A DNA stretch of 64,000 nt, taken from assembly GCA_021772245.1 (NCBI GenBank), contig JAJFMH010000002.1, positions 4,690-68,689 of the forward strand, written 5' to 3'. The notes under the pieces were generated by a model that saw nothing but the letters and a program-made list of their open reading frames with translations, was not told where the DNA came from and did not search any database. The first letter of the stretch is position 1, and the number at the start of each line of letters is the position of its first letter. The DNA is from Chlamydiota bacterium. GTDB taxonomy: Bacteria > Chlamydiota > Chlamydiia > Chlamydiales > Simkaniaceae. Positions 8,320-17,332 of the stretch are shown piece after piece. Made by a program: the position numbers and the translations under genes.

Positions 8320-9698
8320 ATATCACAATTATTGGCGTTGGCTACGTTGGCCTTGTAACGGGAGTCTGCTTTGCAGAAATGGGACACAACGTAACATGTT
8401 TAGACATCGATGCAGCAAAGATCAAAAATCTTCAAAATGGGATATTGCCTATTTATGAAAAAGGCCTTTTAGAGATGCTTGAAAACAACCAGAACAGATT
8501 GTGTTTTACAACGGATTATCCTAGAGCATTAAACGATTGCAAAGCCTGCTTCATCTGCGTTTCAACCCCTGAAAAAGAAGATGGATCTTGCGACTTAAAA
8601 TATGTGAAACAGGCCGCAAAATCAATTGCAAAAACAATGAACGATGATCTAGTCATCATCAACAAATCGACATCACCTGTTGGAACAGCCAACATGATTC
8701 AATCAATTTTGAAAGAGGAATTAGCCAAGCATGCAAGAGACATTTCTTTTGCAATGGTCTCAAACCCTGAGTTCTTAAAAGAGGGTTCTGCAATCGAAGA
8801 TTGCATGAAACCGGATCGAATTGTTGTTGGGGTTGAAAACAACAAAGCTAAACAAGTAATGAAAGAGATTTACTCTTCTTTCAATATCAAAAATAACAGA
8901 ATGTTATTTATGGATATTGCATCCGCGGAACTTACTAAATATGCATCCAATGCAATGCTTGCAACGCGCATTTCATTTATGAATGAAATGGCAAATTTAT
9001 GTGAAAAAGTAGGCGCTAACATCAATGACATTCGCCTGGGAATCGGTTCAGATAAAAGAATTGGTCCTGACTTTCTATATGCTGGAATGGGTTTCGGTGG
9101 TTCTTGTTTTCCTAAAGATGTCTCAGCGCTAATTAGCTTTGCTGCGCAAAATAAAATTGAAATGCCTATTTTATCTGGAGCTTTGGAAACAAACGCTAAA
9201 CAGAAAAAAAGTATGGGAATAAAAGTAAAAAAGCATTTTGAAAACAATGAAAATCGCATTAAAATCGCTATCTGGGGACTTAGTTTTAAACCAGAAACGG
9301 ATGATATTAGAGAAGCACCATCTCTTGTACTGATTAAAGATCTATTAGAGGATCCAAAATTTGAACTATCTGTGTTTGATCCGATTGCAATGGACCATGT
9401 CAAAAAACAAATCCAACATGAAAATGTAATCTATTGCTCCTCTGAATATGAAACAGCGAAAGATGCACATGCTATTATTCTAGTTACCGACTGGAAGCAA
9501 TTTCGCTTTGCTGACATGAAAAAAATATTGCAATCCATGAGTGGAAATGTTTTCTTTGATGGTCGTAACCAATACAATGCGAGCGAAATGAAAAAAATCG
9601 GATTTACTTATTTCGGAATTGGCTTACCTGTTAAAGAAGCTCCTACTCAAATTCTACAGTCTCTAAAGGAAAATTCAAATGCAAGAATTAAAAAGTAA
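8316..9698 (+). CDS. ugd: UDP-glucose 6-dehydrogenase
   Basis: Rossmann N-terminus IIGVGYVGLVTGVCFAEMGH, NPEFLKEG, the catalytic-Cys region GFGGSCFPKD and LSFKPETDDIREAP. ATGA overlap with the upstream gene. Confidence 0.9.
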   Translation: MNITIIGVGYVGLVTGVCFAEMGHNVTCLDIDAAKIKNLQNGILPIYEKGLLEMLENNQNRLCFTTDYPRALNDCKACFICVSTPEKEDGSCDLKYVKQAAKSIAKTMNDDLVIINKSTSPVGTANMIQSILKEELAKHARDISFAMVSNPEFLKEGSAIEDCMKPDRIVVGVENNKAKQVMKEIYSSFNIKNNRMLFMDIASAELTKYASNAMLATRISFMNEMANLCEKVGANINDIRLGIGSDKRIGPDFLYAGMGFGGSCFPKDVSALISFAAQNKIEMPILSGALETNAKQKKSMGIKVKKHFENNENRIKIAIWGLSFKPETDDIREAPSLVLIKDLLEDPKFELSVFDPIAMDHVKKQIQHENVIYCSSEYETAKDAHAIILVTDWKQFRFADMKKILQSMSGNVFFDGRNQYNASEMKKIGFTYFGIGLPVKEAPTQILQSLKENSNARIKK

Positions 9699-10557
9699 TT
9701 TTTCTGCATGCGACATCGAAGCAATCGATGAAAGAATGCTAGAGCTTGCCGGCAGTTTTGAAAATCCTGAATTTGAAAAGGCTTGCAAATATACCATGCA
9801 ATTGCCCGGAAAGCGAATCAGAGCGCGCATTGTAGCTATAATTGCAAAATCCTATGGAATAGAACTTGAAAAATGTATTGATTCCGCCTGCGCACTTGAA
9901 TATATTCATACTTACTCCTTGATCCACGATGATCTTCCTTCAATGGATGATGATGATATTCGGCGAGGAAAACCTTCTTTGCATAAAGTATTTGGTGAAG
10001 GCATCGCAATTCTTGTGGGCGACTTTTTGCAAACTAAAGCATTTGAGATCCTTTCAAGCATAGACTGTCTAAACGCTGTGACCAAATTAACACTAATTCA
10101 AATTCTATCTAAAAAATCAGGCGCTACTGGAATGGTTGGAGGTCAAGCGCTTGATCTACAAAACACTGGAAAACCAGCTGACTTAGATACAATTCTCGCG
10201 CTCCACAAGAAAAAAACAGCAGCGCTTTTTAGCGCAGCTTTTATGTTTGGTGCAGTTATTGCAGGCAAGCCTCTTGAAATCATCTACTCTCTTGAAACTG
10301 TCGGTTTTCTACTTGGTACTGCTTTTCAAATAAATGATGACTTATTAGATATCTCTGAATCACTTACTGAAAAGCCTAAATTTTCTGATCTAAAAAATAA
10401 AAAACCATCTATCTTGACCGTTCTGTCTGAGAAGTCTGCTAAGAACAAGGTTGAAAAATTAACCAATAGTGCGATTGAAAAGCTCAAGGAAATACAAACT
10501 ACACCAGCTGAGATTTTTGATATTTTTGATATTTCTTTTGATGAAGAAGGCTCTTAA
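9679..10557 (+). CDS. ispA: Polyprenyl diphosphate synthase (FPP/GGPP synthase type)
   Basis: First Asp-rich motif LIHDDLPSMDDDDIRRGKPSLH and second motif FQINDDLLD are present. Confidence 0.8.
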   Translation: MQELKSNFSACDIEAIDERMLELAGSFENPEFEKACKYTMQLPGKRIRARIVAIIAKSYGIELEKCIDSACALEYIHTYSLIHDDLPSMDDDDIRRGKPSLHKVFGEGIAILVGDFLQTKAFEILSSIDCLNAVTKLTLIQILSKKSGATGMVGGQALDLQNTGKPADLDTILALHKKKTAALFSAAFMFGAVIAGKPLEIIYSLETVGFLLGTAFQINDDLLDISESLTEKPKFSDLKNKKPSILTVLSEKSAKNKVEKLTNSAIEKLKEIQTTPAEIFDIFDISFDEEGS

Positions 10558-10596
10558 GTTATAGTATTATAATCTAAAAAACATCGAGCTATTCTA

Positions 10597-11226
10597 GTGG
10601 GAAAACGAATTTTTGATATCGGTTTTAGTTTATTTGCAATCTTACTTACCACTCCCCTTTTTCTTTTAATCATCCTAAGCATTAAATTATCTTCAAAAGG
10701 CTCCATATTTTATGTAAGTACAAGGCTTGGAAAAAATTTTAAGGAAATTCATCTTCTTAAATTTAGAACGATGTACACAAATAGTGAAAGCCGACTAGAA
10801 AAGCTTTTAAAGCAAAATTGTTCCTTCAAAAAAGAATGGGAAACATTTCAAAAACTGAAACATGATCCTCGAATTACACCCATTGGAAAAATTCTTCGAA
10901 GGCTATCACTAGATGAGCTTCCTCAATTTTTAAATGTTCTTACAGGAGATTTAAGCGTTGTTGGGCCAAGACCCTTTGTGCTTCTGGGGAAAAAAGAAGA
11001 GTTTCCACTCAAAATTAAGATCATGCTAGGGCCTAAAACCAATACAATCTTATCTGTAAAGCCTGGCATTACGGGAATCTGGCAGGTGTCAGGAAGATCA
11101 AATCTCACCCTTAAGCAAAGAATTCATTTGGAAGAGTCATACATAAAAAGAGGTGGTTTTTTCTCTGATCTCAAAATCATTTGGAAGACATGTTTTTGTA
11201 TCTTCCAAGAAAATGGCGCATATTAA
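10597..11226 (+). CDS. Small polyprenyl-phosphate sugar phosphotransferase (bacterial sugar transferase, PglC/WbaP C-terminal type)
   Basis: GTG start. One N-terminal TM, then KFRTM, DPRITPIGKILRRLSLDELPQ..NVL.GDLS.VGPRP, typical of this family. Confidence 0.8.
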   Translation: MGKRIFDIGFSLFAILLTTPLFLLIILSIKLSSKGSIFYVSTRLGKNFKEIHLLKFRTMYTNSESRLEKLLKQNCSFKKEWETFQKLKHDPRITPIGKILRRLSLDELPQFLNVLTGDLSVVGPRPFVLLGKKEEFPLKIKIMLGPKTNTILSVKPGITGIWQVSGRSNLTLKQRIHLEESYIKRGGFFSDLKIIWKTCFCIFQENGAY

Positions 11227-11227
11227 T

Positions 11228-12220
11228 ATGAAACCAAAAGTACTCGTTACTGGGGGCTGCGGCTTTATTGGATCACATGTAGCTAAAAAATTATCTCTTT
11301 CTGGTTTTTCTCCCGTTTCGTATGACAACTTATCGACCAGCAGCAAAGACTTCGCAAAATGGGGACCACTTATCCAAGGCAACCTTTGTGATGAAAAAAA
11401 ACTCATATCTGTTTTAGAAGAGTATCGGCCAGTTGGAGTAATTCATATTGCTGCATACGCTCTAATTAGAGAATCAATGCAAGAACCAGAGCATTGCTTC
11501 CAAACCAATGTTTCTGGAAGTTTATCCCTATTTCATGCCATGAGAAAAACAGCCGTAAAAAATCTGGTATTTGCAAGTTCCTGCTCTGTATATGGAAAAA
11601 ACGACATAGGCCCCATTAAAGAAATAGATACAAAAAATCCTATTACTCCATACGGTAAATCCAAACTCTATGTTGAAGAAATTTTGCAGGAAATGAATCA
11701 AGCATATGATTTTCCATATATAAATCTTCGTATCTTTAACGCAGCGGGTTCGGATCTAGACCTCGAAATTGGAGAGCGAAGAAAAAAAGAAACGCACCTT
11801 ATTCCTTTAGGAATAAGGGCTGCTCTAGATCCTTCTTTTACAATACCCATTTTTGGAAATTCGTTTGAAATAGAAGATCGGAGCCCCATACGAGATTATG
11901 TGCATATCGATGATATTGCAGATGCCTTTGTGTTATCTACCCAATTTTTACTGCAAACACCTTCTTCACAAATACTAAATATTGCATCTGGAAAAGGCCA
12001 TTCTTTATTACAAGTTATCAAAATGATTGAAGCTCAAACAAACCAGATTGTCAAAACTAAGATTATGGGGCCATCCATTGCTGACCCCACGACTTTAATT
12101 GCTGATATTCAAAAAGCAAAAAAAGTATTAAATTGGTTCCCCCGAAACTCTTCACTAGAGAAAATTATTCAAAGTGCATTAAGGTGGCATCAAAAGATGC
12201 TAACACAAAGCGTGCTATGA
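11228..12220 (+). CDS. galE: UDP-glucose 4-epimerase / NAD-dependent sugar epimerase
   Basis: KVLVTGGCGFIGSH Rossmann motif and the YGKSK catalytic YxxxK. The track ORF (11153) extends upstream into the preceding gene; the ATG at 11228 follows that gene's stop, with 11213 as an alternative. Confidence 0.8.
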   Translation: MKPKVLVTGGCGFIGSHVAKKLSLSGFSPVSYDNLSTSSKDFAKWGPLIQGNLCDEKKLISVLEEYRPVGVIHIAAYALIRESMQEPEHCFQTNVSGSLSLFHAMRKTAVKNLVFASSCSVYGKNDIGPIKEIDTKNPITPYGKSKLYVEEILQEMNQAYDFPYINLRIFNAAGSDLDLEIGERRKKETHLIPLGIRAALDPSFTIPIFGNSFEIEDRSPIRDYVHIDDIADAFVLSTQFLLQTPSSQILNIASGKGHSLLQVIKMIEAQTNQIVKTKIMGPSIADPTTLIADIQKAKKVLNWFPRNSSLEKIIQSALRWHQKMLTQSVL

Positions 12221-12765
12221 ATCGAAAACAAGCGTTACTCTACTTTGGATATTCATATCTTCTATTTTTGATAGGGACTCTATTTTTTCCAAACTTGAAA
12301 CTAATGTTTTTTGCTCCCCTTATTATCTATGTGATCTCAAAGTGCTCATTAATTCGATCGCTATGGATCACTTTTTTTTCAGCACTTATTCTTGAACTAT
12401 CCTCTTCCCATCCACCTGGACTCTATATTTTAAGTATGGTTATAACAGCAAGTATTCTCTATCGAAAAAAGTGTCATTTTTCTATGGAAAAAAACATGGG
12501 AATTTTTCTGAATGTGACTTTGTTTTCAAGTATTGCATCCATTCTTTTTTCCATTCTTTTCTACCTTAAATCACCGATGCAACTTACAATTAAAACAAGC
12601 ATCATTGAATATATCTTTATGCCTCTGCTAGATGGAGTCTATGGGTTTGTATGGCTCAGTTTGCCAAAAGTTTTATATACTTCCTATAAGTTGTGCCAAA
12701 AATGGATAAAATCTTTAAAATACTACTTCTTTACAAAAGGAAAGGAAATAAGCCATGAGCTCTGA
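12217..12765 (+). CDS. Hypothetical polytopic membrane protein
   Basis: About 182 aa from an ATG overlapping the galE stop (ATGA), with 4-5 predicted hydrophobic helices. No family was recognised with confidence; any MreD-like resemblance is only impressionistic. Confidence 0.45.
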   Translation: MNRKQALLYFGYSYLLFLIGTLFFPNLKLMFFAPLIIYVISKCSLIRSLWITFFSALILELSSSHPPGLYILSMVITASILYRKKCHFSMEKNMGIFLNVTLFSSIASILFSILFYLKSPMQLTIKTSIIEYIFMPLLDGVYGFVWLSLPKVLYTSYKLCQKWIKSLKYYFFTKGKEISHEL

Positions 12766-13594
12766 TTTTGGGATCCCCAATGTATTATTATCTCGACTCA
12801 CAAACGTCGCAACACTCGCAGCTCTTAATGCGGGAGAACTTTTAAAGAAAGGCTTTGGAAAGACGCATTCTGTTGATTTTAAAGACGGTCGCCATAACCT
12901 TGTTACTGAATATGATAGAGCTTGCGAAGAACTCATCATTAAACAAATCAAATCACATTTTCCTGAACATTCTTTTCTAGCAGAAGAGAGTGGATTAGAA
13001 AAGCAAGATAAAGATTCCATTTTATGGGTTATTGACCCACTCGACGGTACCGTAAATTTTGCTCATAATATCCCCATGTTTGCTGTAAGTATAGCAGCAA
13101 CTTATAAGTCACAAGTACTCGCAGGTGTCACTTATCAGCCCCTTTTAAATGAGCTTTTTATTGGTGAAAAGGGACATGGAGCCCATCTCAACGGGAAAAA
13201 GCTAAGTGTGTCACCAAACAAAATTTTAGATAAGGCCTTTTTAGCTACGGGATTTCCCTATAATGCTCATGAAAATCCTCTCCACTGCATAGAGCATTTT
13301 TCTCATATGATTAAAATGGGTATTCCAATGCGAAGAATGGGATCAGCAACTCTCGATTTGGCCTACTTAGCAACAGGTCGATATGATGGTTTTTTTGAGG
13401 TATCTCTATCTCCATGGGATTATGCTGCTGGAAAAATCATTCTGGAAGAAGCTGGTGGAAAAATAACCGATTTCAAAGGAGATCCAATTGAAAAACTAAT
13501 TGATACTCCGGTCGTTGCAACCAATACAGCTCTACATGAACAACTGATTACCCATCTAAAAGAGGATACAGCATCTGATGAACAAAATACTTGA
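12755..13594 (+). CDS. suhB: Inositol monophosphatase family protein
   Basis: Motifs EESG, WVIDPLDGTVNF and the WDYAAG region are present. Confidence 0.85.
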   Translation: MSSDFGIPNVLLSRLTNVATLAALNAGELLKKGFGKTHSVDFKDGRHNLVTEYDRACEELIIKQIKSHFPEHSFLAEESGLEKQDKDSILWVIDPLDGTVNFAHNIPMFAVSIAATYKSQVLAGVTYQPLLNELFIGEKGHGAHLNGKKLSVSPNKILDKAFLATGFPYNAHENPLHCIEHFSHMIKMGIPMRRMGSATLDLAYLATGRYDGFFEVSLSPWDYAAGKIILEEAGGKITDFKGDPIEKLIDTPVVATNTALHEQLITHLKEDTASDEQNT

Positions 13595-14426
13595 TGGGAA
13601 AAAAATCTCACAAACAATATACGAAGAGCTCAAGAAAAAAACAGCTCAAATTCAGGGAAGAAAACCTGGTGTTGCCTTTATTCTAATTGGCGAAGATGAA
13701 GGTTCCATGGCCTATGTTCGCATGAAAAAAAAACGTTGCGAAGAGGTTGGTTTTTTCTCTGAGACAATCAAACTTGAGAGCTGTGTCTCTGAGAAGGAAC
13801 TACTTTTTTATATTGATCGTCTCAATAAAGCTACAAACATTGATGGGATCTTAGTCCAGCAACCCCTTCCAAGCGCCATATCATCCAAAAAAGTGATTGA
13901 AGCAGTTGACCCAAGAAAAGACGTAGATGGATTTCATCCATTAAATCTTGGTAAAGCATTACTTGGTTATCACGATGGCTTTCTTTCTTGCACCCCCTTT
14001 GGCATTATCAAACTCCTGCAAGCATATAATATTGAAACTGAGTCGAAACACATTGTCATTTTAGGAAGAAGCAATATTGTTGGTAAACCAATGGGATCGC
14101 TTTTACTCCAAAAAGGCTCTTTTGGAAATGCCACTGTAACAACCCTTCATTCCAAAAGTAAAAATATCAATCAAATTGCAAGTACAGCTGACATTATTAT
14201 TGCCGCAATTGGAAAACCACTTTTTGTTAAAAAAGAAATGGTAAAGAAAAATGCCATTGTGATCGATGTTGGTATCAATCGAGTAAATGGCAAACTGGTT
14301 GGCGATGTAGACTTTGATGATGTATATGACAAAGTATCAGCTATCACTCCTGTTCCTGGTGGAGTTGGTCCAATGACCATTGCAACGCTTCTGCAAAATA
14401 CATTTGATAGCTTCAGCAAAGCGTGA
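13578..14426 (+). CDS. folD: Bifunctional methylenetetrahydrofolate dehydrogenase/cyclohydrolase
   Basis: ILDGKKIS, YVRMKKK, DGILVQQPLP, GRSNIVGKP and PVPGGVGPMTIA are present. Confidence 0.9.
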   Translation: MNKILDGKKISQTIYEELKKKTAQIQGRKPGVAFILIGEDEGSMAYVRMKKKRCEEVGFFSETIKLESCVSEKELLFYIDRLNKATNIDGILVQQPLPSAISSKKVIEAVDPRKDVDGFHPLNLGKALLGYHDGFLSCTPFGIIKLLQAYNIETESKHIVILGRSNIVGKPMGSLLLQKGSFGNATVTTLHSKSKNINQIASTADIIIAAIGKPLFVKKEMVKKNAIVIDVGINRVNGKLVGDVDFDDVYDKVSAITPVPGGVGPMTIATLLQNTFDSFSKA

Positions 14427-15421
14427 GATTTCTATTCCTATCTCTTCTTTTCCTCATGGCTTGCAACAAAAACAAGACAAAAATTACTACCTTTGAAGGT
14501 ATAGCTTATACTATCCCCTATCAAATTCATGTTGCGGAGCCACTTTCCAAGCTAAAAAGAAAGCAGATAGCTTCCATTATTGAAACAAACTTCAAAAAAA
14601 TAGACTCCACCTTTAACCATTGGAATCCCAATTCAGAGATTTCCAAAATAAACCGTGCAAAAGCGTATATACCCACTGAAATCTCTCACGAATTAATAAG
14701 TCTTATTGCATTTAGTAAAGTGTTAAATCAACTTACTGTAAATCGATATAACCCCCTTTGCGGGGCAGCCATTACAAGTTGGAAACATGCCCTTCCAGTG
14801 CAACGCATACCTTCCAACACTTATGAAAAATTTACCTTCGATGACTTTTATCTTAATAAAGAAAAGATCATCAAAAAAAGAGAGGACCTCCAATTTGATT
14901 TTGATGGGCTTATAAAGGGATTACTGGTTGATATGATTTCTGAAGATTTTTCTAGAATAGGTCTAGAGCACTTTTTTGTCTCATGGGGAGGTGAAATCTA
15001 TGCTCATGGAAGACACTCACTTAAAAGATCATGGATGGTAGGTATTAAACTCGACGAGACCGCAATAACCGTTCCCCTTTCAAACGAAGCAATTGCAACA
15101 AGCGGCAGCCTCACCCAGAATTACAATATTCTATACAGGGGAAACCCAACACAGTTTACACATATTATTAACCCGAATACGAATATTCCCCTAGTTGTTA
15201 AAAATAAAGCCATTGAAAGTGCAAGTATAAAAGCCCCTTATTGCGCCATCGCTGATGCGCTCGCAACAGCAATGATGATTTTTGACTCAAAACAAACAGC
15301 GATAAATTGGTTTGAGTCTACTTTTTCAAAAACTTATGAAAAAGGAAAAAGAAATAAGTTGCACTCTAACAAAAATAACCTGCAAAATGTCGAGCTATGG
15401 ATAAACCTACGCTCGAATTAA
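14423..15421 (+). CDS. apbE: ApbE-family FAD:protein FMN transferase lipoprotein
   Basis: GTG start overlapping the folD stop (GTGA). Lipobox LFLMAC. The internal FDFDGLIKG, ATSG and ADALATA regions are typical of ApbE. Confidence 0.7.
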   Translation: MRFLFLSLLFLMACNKNKTKITTFEGIAYTIPYQIHVAEPLSKLKRKQIASIIETNFKKIDSTFNHWNPNSEISKINRAKAYIPTEISHELISLIAFSKVLNQLTVNRYNPLCGAAITSWKHALPVQRIPSNTYEKFTFDDFYLNKEKIIKKREDLQFDFDGLIKGLLVDMISEDFSRIGLEHFFVSWGGEIYAHGRHSLKRSWMVGIKLDETAITVPLSNEAIATSGSLTQNYNILYRGNPTQFTHIINPNTNIPLVVKNKAIESASIKAPYCAIADALATAMMIFDSKQTAINWFESTFSKTYEKGKRNKLHSNKNNLQNVELWINLRSN

Positions 15422-16023
15422 ACATTAAAGCCATTTTCTTTGATTTAGGGAATGTCCTTGTCTCTTTCTCTCATCAAAAGATGCTAAAAAAACTTGCAAA
15501 ACTTTCTAAGCTTCCTGAAATGCAGATCGAGAAATTGTTTTTTCTAACCGGCATCGGAAAAGCTTATGAAAATGGTTCTCTTACTACGAAGCAAGTGTTT
15601 GAACTATTCTCCAAAAAATCTCCAGAAAAACTGCATTACCCACAATTTGTACAAGCTGCGTGTGAAATATTTTCCCCAATTGACCAAACTATTGACCTTC
15701 TTCCCAAACTTAAGGAAAAGGGGTTAAAACTCTTCTTACTTTCCAATACATCAAAGGTTCATTTTCAATTTATTAAAGAAAACTACTCTTTTTTATCCCT
15801 TTTAGATGGAACAATTCTATCCTTTGAAGAAGGGGTCTCCAAACCAAATATCGCCATCTATGAAAAAGCACTTCAGCGTGTAAATCTCAAATCTTGTGAA
15901 TGCTACTTTGTTGATGATCAAGAAGATAACATCTTTGCTGCCAAAAGTGTTGGACTACATTGCCATCACTTTACATCCCCAAATTCTCTTATCATAGAAT
16001 TAAAAAAAATAAATTTATTATAA
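15397..16023 (+). CDS. HAD-superfamily hydrolase (subfamily IA-like)
   Basis: Motif I AIFFDLGNVL, motif II LLSNTS and the C-terminal FVDDQEDN are present. Confidence 0.7.
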   Translation: MDKPTLELNIKAIFFDLGNVLVSFSHQKMLKKLAKLSKLPEMQIEKLFFLTGIGKAYENGSLTTKQVFELFSKKSPEKLHYPQFVQAACEIFSPIDQTIDLLPKLKEKGLKLFLLSNTSKVHFQFIKENYSFLSLLDGTILSFEEGVSKPNIAIYEKALQRVNLKSCECYFVDDQEDNIFAAKSVGLHCHHFTSPNSLIIELKKINLL

Positions 16024-16039
16024 TAATATATCAACTTTA

Positions 16040-16067
16040 TTGACATTAATACCAACAAATTTATAAA
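16040..16067 (+). promoter_or_regulatory. Candidate sigma-70-type promoter (TTGACA-16 nt-TATAAA) for the small lipoprotein gene
   Basis: Consensus -35 hexamer at 16040-16045 and a near-consensus -10 at 16062-16067, about 50 nt upstream of the ATG at 16119. Confidence 0.35.
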
Positions 16068-16118
16068 AGATGAATTATGGAGACAATTTAATTAACAATT
16101 GCTTTCGGGAGAAATAAA

Positions 16119-16322
16119 ATGAAAAAACTTTGTTCATCTTTTCTATTATTAAGCTTCTTGGGACTTGGCCTTGGACTTGCATCATGCGAGAATAGCCCAT
16201 GCCGCGCAAATTGCGGATCTCATGAGTATAGCAGTACAAAGTCTGGTCCTAAAAAAGGATGCAGTCCTTACAGACAAGACAATGTGCAACAAAAGCCAAA
16301 TAGATATAAAGGCTGCAACTAG
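16119..16322 (+). CDS. Small cysteine-rich lipoprotein (67 aa)
   Basis: Signal peptide plus lipobox MKKLCSSFLLLSFLGLGLGLASC. The 43-residue mature part contains 5 Cys (the lipidated Cys plus four more). A GGGAGA RBS lies upstream. Confidence 0.6.
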   Translation: MKKLCSSFLLLSFLGLGLGLASCENSPCRANCGSHEYSSTKSGPKKGCSPYRQDNVQQKPNRYKGCN

Positions 16323-16338
16323 ATAATAGATAATATTT

Positions 16339-16362
16339 GCCTCATGAATTTGTTTATGAGGC
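16339..16362. terminator. Hairpin between convergent genes (GCCTCAT-N10-ATGAGGC, then TTTTATT)
   Basis: 7-bp perfect stem located between the convergent stops at 16322 (+) and 16354 (-), which makes it plausible as a bidirectional intrinsic terminator. Confidence 0.5.
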
Positions 16363-17151
16363 TTTTATTACCTTCTCAATTTGATCTATCTGATCAAAAA
16401 TATCGATATCCACTTCTAATAGAACTTCCTGAAGATCGTCGCTTTGAAGATTGGTTTGATGTAACTCCATTTCTGCAAAAAGAGCATCTCTTTTTTCATA
16501 TAGCATCAGGATCTGAGGTTTGAAAAGGGCAACCATTGCATTTATACACTGGTTAAGAGGCCAGGATGGATAGGCGTGCTGCACTTGAAAACTATCAATA
16601 ATAGATTCCATATCCTCTTTCGAGTACAAATTATCCCCTGTAACAAATTGATTGGTCAAGAAAAGCTTTTGCGGCATTCCATCTTTTCCAATTGATATTC
16701 CAACAATATGCACGTAAGATGAGTCACTTGCATTTACAACTGGGGTAAGATCTGAGCTGATCCCATCGGTATGCATAAACAAATGGAAATGCCCGTGTTC
16801 CTTTGCTCGATGGGTATGATAGTAATATTGAGAGCTATACTCTACATCAAATACATCCTCCTTTGGGTAATGAATGCCTTTTTTCATGGCATATTCAGGA
16901 GCAATTTCTGTTACGAGATTACTATTTGTTTTATCCAAAATTGCAAGCCACTTGCAAAGAGATTCTCCTTTGGCATGCATGTGAATTAAAGCGCTCTCAT
17001 CTAATTTTTGAAAAGCTCTTTCTACATCCAATTTTGATAACAGAAAAGGTTTCTCTTGATTGTTGTCTTTCACTCCATAAAAGAAGAAAAAGGCAAAGAC
17101 AATAAACGCGGCGATGCAAATGCTACCAAAAAAATAGTACTTCTTTTTCAT
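16354..17151 (-). CDS. Hypothetical membrane-anchored protein with a His-rich motif
   Basis: 265 aa. N-terminal TM (FFGSICIAAFIVFAFFFFYG), a conspicuous YYYHTHRAKEHGHFHLFMH segment and an acidic C-terminus. No family was confidently recognised. Confidence 0.5.
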   Translation of the reverse strand: MKKKYYFFGSICIAAFIVFAFFFFYGVKDNNQEKPFLLSKLDVERAFQKLDESALIHMHAKGESLCKWLAILDKTNSNLVTEIAPEYAMKKGIHYPKEDVFDVEYSSQYYYHTHRAKEHGHFHLFMHTDGISSDLTPVVNASDSSYVHIVGISIGKDGMPQKLFLTNQFVTGDNLYSKEDMESIIDSFQVQHAYPSWPLNQCINAMVALFKPQILMLYEKRDALFAEMELHQTNLQSDDLQEVLLEVDIDIFDQIDQIEKVIKAS

Positions 17152-17332
17152 CGATCTCTTGCAAATAGGTAAAAAAATTTTCTATAACAACAAATTAGAA
17201 TCGAGTAAAGAAACATTCTGAATGAATAATGAAGTACTATGGAATTTGCCATACTACTTAATTTTCCAAGTAAATGACTCGCCTTTTTCAAGTAAGCTGG
17301 TAGAAAATGGCGCACAGTGTTATATTGCGCTT

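Noticed and set aside
8870-9403. Long antisense ORFs inside well-supported genes (8870-9403 in ugd, 43422-43838 in cdaA, 7497-7847 across the ABC genes, 31381-31722 in the HEAT gene, 47635-47982 in rsmE)
   Set aside because: Each lies opposite a gene with strong family motifs. They have no RBS and no recognisable domains, and are typical shadow ORFs.
17222-17332. N-terminal extensions of track ORFs (rnr from 17222; likewise lptD from 31908, xseA from 35800, galE from 11153, the membrane protein from 12133, holC from 20808, uvrA from 52242, dxs from 37648)
   Set aside because: The extensions overlap upstream genes or consist of non-conserved sequence before the recognisable family N-terminus or signal peptide. 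Several begin at TTG. Internal ATGs give products matching the family start, so those were used.
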